In this document: piece after piece, positions 57,770 to 64,000 of the stretch
Layout: each line of letters begins with the position of its first letter
How positions within the stretch are numbered: the stretch's first letter is position 1
Origin: Patescibacteria group bacterium
GTDB lineage: Bacteria > Patescibacteriota > Patescibacteriia > Buchananbacterales > UBA6539
Direction of reading: 5' to 3'
DNA length: 64,000 nt
Assembly: GCA_041662625.1 (NCBI GenBank)
Contig: JBAZSB010000001.1
Location: 471,093-535,092, forward strand
Translations under genes and position numbers: made by a program
The notes under the pieces: model-generated
The model's input: the letters and a program-made list of their open reading frames with translations, nothing else
Told to the model about the DNA's origin: nothing
Databases searched by the model: none

Positions 57770-59047
57770 TTATAGGCCTTCGTAATCCCGCATTGTTAGC
57801 TGGGATTCGATCTGTTTATAGGTTTCAATCACTACAGACACAACAATCAGCAAACTGGTACCACCAATAGTCAGACTGGCCATTCCAGTGAAACCCTGTA
57901 AAATCAAAGGTAAAACAGCAATAATACCTAAAAATAAAGCCCCCGCTAAAATGATTCGATTAGTTGTATTAGTCAGGTATTCTTCCGTATGCTTACCCGG
58001 CCTAATCCCGGGAATAAAACCACCTTGTTTTTGAAGATTTTCCGAAATCTGATCAGGCTTGAATACCACTTCTGTGTAGAAATAGGTAAAACCAAAAACC
58101 AAAACAAAATATAAAATACCGTAAAAAAGCTGGTTTTGAAAAAGGGCAATCGTCTTTTCGGCAATACTGACTAGAATTGCGGTTTTTGCGCTCAAGAAAA
58201 ATTGAGCAATCATAGGTGGGAACAAAATAATGGAAATGGCAAAAATAATCGGGATGACTCCGGCCATATTAACTCGCAATGGCAAGTGAGTGTTGACACC
58301 GCCATACATTTTCATTCCCCTGACCCGCTTAGCATAGGAAACCGGGACATTACGTTGACCCTCAGTGATTATTACCACCCCAACAATAGTTAAAAGCGCA
58401 ATCCCGGCAAACAAAAATAAAGTTATAATTTGTGATTTATCAAAAACTAAAAAAGTCTGCTGGATAGCACTCGGCAGCTGGGCCACAATGCCGGCGAAAA
58501 TAAATAAAGAAATACCATTACCAATATGTTTTTCAGAAATTAGTTCACCAAGCCACATCAAAAAAACAGTTCCAGCCGTAGCCGTCACTAAAATCATTAC
58601 TAACCGCCAAGGGGTTAAATCAGTAAAAATTTCTACGCTTGACTGTCGCAACAAAGCAATCAGACCATAAGCCTGCATCATCCCTAAAGGAACAGTCAAG
58701 ATTCGTGTCCATTGGTTAATTTTATGCCGACCGGCTTCACCATCTTTGGAAATTTCTTCCAGGCGCGGAACAATCATTACTAAAAGTTGAAAGATAATTG
58801 AAGCGGTAATGTAAGGGGCAACACCCATGGCGACAATGGAAAAACTTTCCATTCCCCCGCCGGACAAAATATTCATGATGCCCAAAAGTTGATTAGCGGC
58901 AAAAAAATCTTTGATTGCTGCTGTATTAATACCAGGTATCGGAATATGAGCGGCAATTCGAAAAATAACCAGCATTGCGGCAACAAACAAAATGCTGTCT
59001 CTTAAATCTTTAATTTTCCAAATTTGAATCAATTTTTTCCACCACAT
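57770..59047 (-). CDS. secY: Preprotein translocase SecY
   Basis: HIPIPG, MGVAPYITASII, GNGISL, AGVIPIIFA, FIPGIRPG, GGTSLLIVV. Confidence 0.98.
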   Translation of the reverse strand: MWWKKLIQIWKIKDLRDSILFVAAMLVIFRIAAHIPIPGINTAAIKDFFAANQLLGIMNILSGGGMESFSIVAMGVAPYITASIIFQLLVMIVPRLEEISKDGEAGRHKINQWTRILTVPLGMMQAYGLIALLRQSSVEIFTDLTPWRLVMILVTATAGTVFLMWLGELISEKHIGNGISLFIFAGIVAQLPSAIQQTFLVFDKSQIITLFLFAGIALLTIVGVVIITEGQRNVPVSYAKRVRGMKMYGGVNTHLPLRVNMAGVIPIIFAISIILFPPMIAQFFLSAKTAILVSIAEKTIALFQNQLFYGILYFVLVFGFTYFYTEVVFKPDQISENLQKQGGFIPGIRPGKHTEEYLTNTTNRIILAGALFLGIIAVLPLILQGFTGMASLTIGGTSLLIVVSVVIETYKQIESQLTMRDYEGL

Positions 59048-59108
59048 TTTATCAGTTGTAAGTGAGTAAGCCGAGATAAGCCGAGATAAGTTAAATTCTT
59101 ATCTGGAC

Positions 59109-59573
59109 TTATTTCTTATCTTGGCTTGCCAGCTGGACTTGGCCGCCTGCTTCTATTATAGCTTTTTTTGCTGATTCTGAGAAACTGTCAGCACTAACGG
59201 TAAATTTCTTGGTTAATTTGCCATCGCCTAAAATTTTCACGCCAGTTTTTGCCGTTTTAATTAAATTTTTAGCAATTAATTTTTTAGCGTTAATTAGTTC
59301 TCCTGCTTCAAAACTACTTTCCAGTTGATCTAAATTGACTATTACCATTTTTGGCTTTAAACTCCTAAAACCGCCAATTTTCGGTTTATTTCTTAGACGT
59401 TGCTTTTAACCTCGGCGCTTTAAACCACCTTTACCGCCCGAACGGGATTTTTGGCCTTTCAAGCCGCGCGTACTATAAGTTCCATGGCCAGAAGCATTCC
59501 CGCGACCAACTCGCTTGGATTTTTTTCTGGCTTTTTTATTAACTTTTAAATTGTGTAAAGTTAGTTCAGACAT
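59109..59573 (-). CDS. rplO: 50S ribosomal protein L15 with in-frame TAA at codon 56 (59406-59408)
   Basis: MSELTLHNLK..KRVGRGNASGHGTYSTRGLKGQKSRSGG..RRG*KQRL..VNLDQL..VKILGDG..SAKKAIIEAGG, all in one frame. Confidence 0.9.
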
Positions 59574-59577
59574 AGAT

Positions 59578-60144
59578 TTAACTAGCAGCTTTCTTAGTTT
59601 CTACTTGAGCCGCCTTATCGGCATTTTTATCACCCGTTTCCACTTTCGGCTCAACCTTTTTTAACATCTGCAAGGCTTTAATGGTTGCTTTAACATTATT
59701 AATTTTATTATTAGTACCCAAAATTTTTGCCACAACGTTAGAAACTCCGGCCAAATCTAAAACCATTCGAACTGCCCCGCCGGCAATAATCCCAGTACCT
59801 TTAGGAGCCGGCTTAATAAGAATTCTGGCGGCACCAAATTTAACATCAACCCGATGAGGGATAGTTTCATTGATAATCGGAATGCTAACTAAGTTTTTTC
59901 TTGCTTTAGTCACGGCTTTATTAACCGCCAAAGTTACATCCGCCCCTTTAGCCACGGCTGAACCAACCTTGCCCTTCCGATCCCCAATTACAACACAAGC
60001 ACGAAATCGCATCCGTTTACCGCCGGCCATCACCCGAGTGACTCGAGCGATATCAATGATTACCTGATCAAATTCTCTGTCAGCACCCTTATCCGCCCCT
60101 TGGTTTCTCGGACCTCTATTAGATTTTTTATTACCAGTTGTCAT
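59578..60144 (-). CDS. rpsE: 30S ribosomal protein S5
   Basis: RVTRVMAGGKRMRFRA, PAPKGTGIIAGG. Confidence 0.97.
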   Translation of the reverse strand: MTTGNKKSNRGPRNQGADKGADREFDQVIIDIARVTRVMAGGKRMRFRACVVIGDRKGKVGSAVAKGADVTLAVNKAVTKARKNLVSIPIINETIPHRVDVKFGAARILIKPAPKGTGIIAGGAVRMVLDLAGVSNVVAKILGTNNKINNVKATIKALQMLKKVEPKVETGDKNADKAAQVETKKAAS

Positions 60145-60162
60145 AATTATAAAATTTATAGA

Positions 60163-60522
60163 TTAGAACTCAAGTCCACCCTTTCTGGCACCATCAGCGG
60201 CGGCTTTAATTCGGCCATGATACTGGTAGCTTGATTTATCAAAAACTACTTTTTTAATTCCCGATTTAATTGCTTTACTGGCGATTAATTCTCCGACTTT
60301 AAAAGCCATATCCGTCTTTTTAATTCTGCTCCCTTTGATTTCGGTATCTTTAGCAAAAGCTAATGTTGCCCCTTTCTGGTCATCAATCAATTGAGCATAT
60401 AAATGTTTAAGACTCCGAAAAACTACCAGGCGGGGTTTTTTGGCCGTGCCAAAAATTTTTGCCCGAATTCGGCCTTTCCGGCGTAATCGCTTTTGTTGTT
60501 TAATAATCTCTTTTTTTGCCAT
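60163..60522 (-). CDS. rplR: 50S ribosomal protein L18
   Basis: PRLVVFRS..YAQLIDD, YHGRIKA.ADGAR. Confidence 0.97.
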   Translation of the reverse strand: MAKKEIIKQQKRLRRKGRIRAKIFGTAKKPRLVVFRSLKHLYAQLIDDQKGATLAFAKDTEIKGSRIKKTDMAFKVGELIASKAIKSGIKKVVFDKSSYQYHGRIKAAADGARKGGLEF

Positions 60523-60574
60523 ATCCCGTTAAAAATTTATTTAATTTAATTTATTATTCATTAAATTAATTGGG

Positions 60575-61120
60575 CTATTCACCCTTGACTGCTGACTTCC
60601 CAACTTTTCTTCTGATTATCTCGTCCGTATATTTTATCCCCTTACCTTTATAAGGTTCGGGCTTTCTCATTGACCTAATCTCCGCGGCGGTCTGACCAAC
60701 GACTTGCTTGTCAATGCCAGAAACAGTAATGATATTTTTTTCAACTTTGATTTCAATTCCAGTGGGAATATTATATTCAATCGGGTGAGAATAACCTAAA
60801 TGCAAAACCAAATTGCTTCCTTGGACTGCTGCTTTATAACCAATACCATTAACCTCAAGTTGTTTAGAAAAACCTTGGGTGACACCAATAATCATATTGG
60901 CAATCAGGCGTCGAAATAAACCCCAAAGGGATTTTTGCTGTTTAAGTTGAGGATTCTTAACCAAAAGTGATATTTCATTATCTTTCTTTTCCACCATAAC
61001 CAAAGGATTAATTTCTTGAGTTAATTCACCTTTTGGTCCCTTAACAAAAATTTTATTATCAGTAATCTTTACCTCCACCCCTTCAGGAATTACGATTAAT
61101 TGTTTACCAATTCGACTCAT
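60575..61120 (-). CDS. rplF: 50S ribosomal protein L6
   Basis: MSRIGK, LGYSHP, PEPYKGKGI. Confidence 0.97.
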   Translation of the reverse strand: MSRIGKQLIVIPEGVEVKITDNKIFVKGPKGELTQEINPLVMVEKKDNEISLLVKNPQLKQQKSLWGLFRRLIANMIIGVTQGFSKQLEVNGIGYKAAVQGSNLVLHLGYSHPIEYNIPTGIEIKVEKNIITVSGIDKQVVGQTAAEIRSMRKPEPYKGKGIKYTDEIIRRKVGKSAVKGE

Positions 61121-61124
61121 ATTT

Positions 61125-61526
61125 TTAATATATTTCGCAAATTATTTCACCACCGAGCTTATTTTTTCTTGCTTCCTTGTTGGTCATTAAGCCGGAAGAA
61201 GTGGAAATAATTGCAATACCTAAACTATTTAAAACTCTTGGCAATTCGTCTTTTGCAGCATAAACGCGCCGGCCTGGCTTACTGATTCTTTTGATGCTGG
61301 TAATCGCTGGCTGGCTACCTTGATATTTTAAAACAATTTTTATTTCATCATAATTATTGCCATTACTCCCCTTTTCAATCTTTTCGACATTTTTAACATA
61401 GCCCTTTTCTTTTAAAATCCCGGCAATTCCGAACTTTATTTTAGAAAAAGGTAAAACCACCTCTGGCTTTCTTACCGCCAAGGCATTACGAATTCTAGTT
61501 AACATATCCGCGATTGGATCAGTCAT
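61125..61526 (-). CDS. rpsH: 30S ribosomal protein S8
   Basis: [25 protein letters not shown]. Confidence 0.97.
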   Translation of the reverse strand: MTDPIADMLTRIRNALAVRKPEVVLPFSKIKFGIAGILKEKGYVKNVEKIEKGSNGNNYDEIKIVLKYQGSQPAITSIKRISKPGRRVYAAKDELPRVLNSLGIAIISTSSGLMTNKEARKNKLGGEIICEIY

Positions 61527-61568
61527 ATAAATCTAATTTAGATTATTATTCATTATACATTAGTTATC

Positions 61569-61754
61569 TTACCAACTTGATTTTCTAATCCCCGGAATTT
61601 GACCATTATTAGCTAATTCCCGAAAGCAGATGCGGCACAGATTAAAATCCCGCATATAACCTCGAACGCGACCACAACGCCAGCATCGTCTGACTATCCG
61701 ACTAGAATACTTTGGAGTTTTATTTGATTTTGCAATTTTTGCTTGGGTTGCCAT
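61569..61754 (-). CDS. rpsN: 30S ribosomal protein S14 (Zn-binding type Z)
   Basis: RCWRCGR...LCRICFRELA..PG.RKSSW. Confidence 0.96.
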   Translation of the reverse strand: MATQAKIAKSNKTPKYSSRIVRRCWRCGRVRGYMRDFNLCRICFRELANNGQIPGIRKSSW

Positions 61755-61761
61755 AAATTAA

Positions 61762-62304
61762 TTATTCTTTACTAAAAGGAAAACCTAAAAGTCTTAGTAA
61801 TTCTAAACTTTCTTCTCGACTTTTAGCGGTAGTCACAATGGAAACTTGCAGACCGTGAATTTTTTCAACTTCATCAGATTTAATTTCCGGAAAAGCAATA
61901 TTTTCTTTAAAACCGATATTTAAATTTCCCCGCTGATCAACAGAATTAGGATTTAGGCCGCGGAAGTCTCTGACCCGAGGCAAGGTAGCATTAATTAATT
62001 TATCAACAAAGTCATCCCGTCTTTTACCTCTTAAAGTTACCATCATACCGACGATTAAGCCTTTTCTGATTTTAAAATTAGATATTGATTGCTTAGCGGC
62101 AGTTTTAATTGGTCGCTGACCGGTAATCCGCGTTAAAGTACCTTCGGCGACTTCATTAAACTTGGCGTCTTTTAAACCAGGGCCAGTTCCAATATTAACT
62201 ACCACTTTTTCAATCCGAGGAATTGCTAAATCATTTTTATAACCAAATTTCTTCTTGAGGGCGGGTGCAACTTCCTTTTTATATTTTTCTTGTAAACGAC
62301 TCAT
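61762..62304 (-). CDS. rplE: 50S ribosomal protein L5
   Basis: PRIEKVVVN, ITGQRP, LPRVRDFRG, FPEI. Confidence 0.97.
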   Translation of the reverse strand: MSRLQEKYKKEVAPALKKKFGYKNDLAIPRIEKVVVNIGTGPGLKDAKFNEVAEGTLTRITGQRPIKTAAKQSISNFKIRKGLIVGMMVTLRGKRRDDFVDKLINATLPRVRDFRGLNPNSVDQRGNLNIGFKENIAFPEIKSDEVEKIHGLQVSIVTTAKSREESLELLRLLGFPFSKE

Positions 62305-62308
62305 ACTT

Positions 62309-62617
62309 TTAGATTATTTCTTTACATTTTTTACAAATTCGAACTTTTTTCTGATTGACCAAAATCTTATAACCAGGATGAGTGACCTTATTACAACGAG
62401 AGCAAACTAAGGCGATATTACTAATTGCCAAAGGGGCGGGAAACTGGATGCGTTGGCCTTTTTCACCTTGCTTTTTTGGCCGCATATTTTTAAATAGTAA
62501 ATTAACTCCCTCAACTGAAACTTTGTTGCGTTTATTAAAAATCTGTAAAACTTTACCCGTTTTACCTTCATCCTTACCCGTTAAAACTTTTACTTTGTCA
62601 CCTTTTTTTACCTTCAT
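62309..62617 (-). CDS. rplX: 50S ribosomal protein L24
   Basis: KKGDKVKVLTGKD.GKTG, VEGVN. Confidence 0.96.
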   Translation of the reverse strand: MKVKKGDKVKVLTGKDEGKTGKVLQIFNKRNKVSVEGVNLLFKNMRPKKQGEKGQRIQFPAPLAISNIALVCSRCNKVTHPGYKILVNQKKVRICKKCKEII

Positions 62618-62655
62618 AATATGTTAATTGCTAACTGTTAATTGTTAAATGTTGT

Positions 62656-63027
62656 CTATACCACTTCTGGGGCTAATGAAATTATTTTATTAAATCCTTG
62701 ATTTCTTAACTCTCGGGCCACGGGACCAAAAATCCGGGTACCTTGAGGTTCTTTATTTTTTTGATCAATGATCACTGCAGCATTATCATCAAAGCGGACA
62801 TAAGAACCATCTTTCCGACGAATTTCTTTTCTGGTTCGAACAATCACGGCATGCAAAACTTCGCCTTTCTTAACGGCGCTATGGGGTACTGCCTCTTTAA
62901 CCGAAACCGTGATGATATCACCGATTCGGGCATAACGTTTTTTGTTTCCACCTAATACCTTAATACACTGGAGTTTTTTGGCACCAGTATTATCGGCAAC
63001 TTTTAACATTGTACGTAATTGAATCAT
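62656..63027 (-). CDS. rplN: 50S ribosomal protein L14
   Basis: [31 protein letters not shown]. Confidence 0.98.
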   Translation of the reverse strand: MIQLRTMLKVADNTGAKKLQCIKVLGGNKKRYARIGDIITVSVKEAVPHSAVKKGEVLHAVIVRTRKEIRRKDGSYVRFDDNAAVIIDQKNKEPQGTRIFGPVARELRNQGFNKIISLAPEVV

Positions 63028-63086
63028 ATTTTTAGCTTATAGCTTATAGCTTATAGGAATTTTCACTACATCCTAACAGCTACAAG

Positions 63087-63335
63087 CTAACTAATTACTC
63101 GCCACTTTTTATCTTTGCTGATCGGCCGACACTCGATAAAATTTACCTTATCACCAATTTTATATTTATTCTCGGGATCATGAACTTTGTATTTCTTAGA
63201 TACGGTATAACGTTTTAAATACTTGGGGTGAAGACGGGTTCCTCTAACTTCCACCACAATGGTTTTATCGTTTTTATTAGAAACTACAGTACCGACAAAT
63301 TTTCTTTTAATTACTTTTTTCTTGTCTTGAATCAT
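63087..63335 (-). CDS. rpsQ: 30S ribosomal protein S17
   Basis: GTVVSNK.DKTIVV, HPKY, ECRPISKDK.W. Confidence 0.96.
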   Translation of the reverse strand: MIQDKKKVIKRKFVGTVVSNKNDKTIVVEVRGTRLHPKYLKRYTVSKKYKVHDPENKYKIGDKVNFIECRPISKDKKWRVIS

Positions 63336-63339
63336 AAAA

Positions 63340-63549
63340 TTATTTATTGGTTTTAACTCCCGATCTATTCTTTTGACTTAATAAAAACATTATCTGGGCC
63401 AAAGTCTTTTTCACTTTACGAACTTCCCTGACATTTTTCAACTGCTCCGAAGAAACCTTAAATCTCAATTCACGCGACTTCTCCCGCCATTCAGCTAAAA
63501 GCTTTTGTAATTCTTTATCGGATTTAGTTTTTAACTCTTTAAATTTCAT
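63340..63549 (-). CDS. rpmC: 50S ribosomal protein L29
   Basis: MKFKELK.KS..EL...LRF..; position between rplP and rpsQ. Confidence 0.9.
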   Translation of the reverse strand: MKFKELKTKSDKELQKLLAEWREKSRELRFKVSSEQLKNVREVRKVKKTLAQIMFLLSQKNRSGVKTNK

Positions 63550-63556
63550 AATCAGC

Positions 63557-63961
63557 TTATTTAACAATAAAACTAGTCTTAATCGGTAATTTATGCGCTG
63601 CTAACCGCATTGCCTCTTTAGCTTTTTCTTCTGTTACGCCGTCCATTTCAAACAAAATCATACCCGGTTTGATTACGGCGACATAATGATCAACCGGTCC
63701 CTTACCTGAACCCATGGTAGATTGTTCACCTTTCTGGGTCACCGGTTTGTCAGGAAAAACTCTAATCCAAATTTTACCACCTCGTTTAATAAAACGAGTC
63801 ATCGCGCGACGGGCAGCTTCAATTTGCCTCGCCGTCAGCCAACAATTACCTAATCCTTTCAAAGCATATTTGCCAAAACTAACGGTGGTCCCTGCTGACG
63901 CGGTACCCTTGAGTCTACCTTTATGCCACTTTCGATGTTTTACTTTTTTTGGTGATAACAT
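63557..63961 (-). CDS. rplP: 50S ribosomal protein L16
   Basis: [30 protein letters not shown]. Confidence 0.97.
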   Translation of the reverse strand: MLSPKKVKHRKWHKGRLKGTASAGTTVSFGKYALKGLGNCWLTARQIEAARRAMTRFIKRGGKIWIRVFPDKPVTQKGEQSTMGSGKGPVDHYVAVIKPGMILFEMDGVTEEKAKEAMRLAAHKLPIKTSFIVK

Positions 63962-63964
63962 ATC

Positions 63965-64000
63965 TTACTTCTTGGTTATAATATTTTTATTATTTGGTTC
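63965..64000 (-). CDS. rpsC: Probable C-terminal end of ribosomal protein S3 (partial)
   Basis: Open frame ending TAA just upstream of rplP; identity from synteny only. Confidence 0.5.
   Translation of the reverse strand, partial: EPNNKNIITKK

Noticed and set aside
59406-59408. Genome-wide stop-codon reassignment
   Set aside because: TAA, TAG and TGA all terminate conserved genes at expected positions here, and only one internal stop was seen.

Overview
This is AT-rich bacterial chromosome, with most genes on the minus strand. The gene content points to Patescibacteria/CPR (inference): the spc operon lacks rpmD/L30, AspS is short and lacks the GAD domain, and there is a large S-layer-like protein. 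It holds a glycosylation/S-layer locus with an ECF sigma/anti-sigma pair, housekeeping genes (pilT, rarA, uppS, korAB, hup, tpiA, scpAB, aspS, recO, ruvX, map, adk, secY, the spc/S10 ribosomal genes), a tRNA cluster, an accessory block (about 30-36.6 kb) and a GC-richer pyrK-pyrD-amidohydrolase island. The most striking signal is at 21287-21631. There a tRNA-Pro(GGG) gene is split into four pieces by three structured inserts (D-loop, anticodon loop, T-loop), and the anticodon insert carries a complete second tRNA-Pro(CGG). Related tandem double-hairpin inserts occur elsewhere in the window. Other signals: a four-helix-bundle (IVP/Avd-like) gene inside the tRNA cluster, flanked by inverted heptamer arrays with empty or half copies elsewhere; a candidate ECF-driven sRNA; a candidate antisense RNA at the end of a NYN nuclease gene; self-contained GC-rich orphan cassettes; and an in-frame TAA in rplO. 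All calls are by eye; no searches were run.
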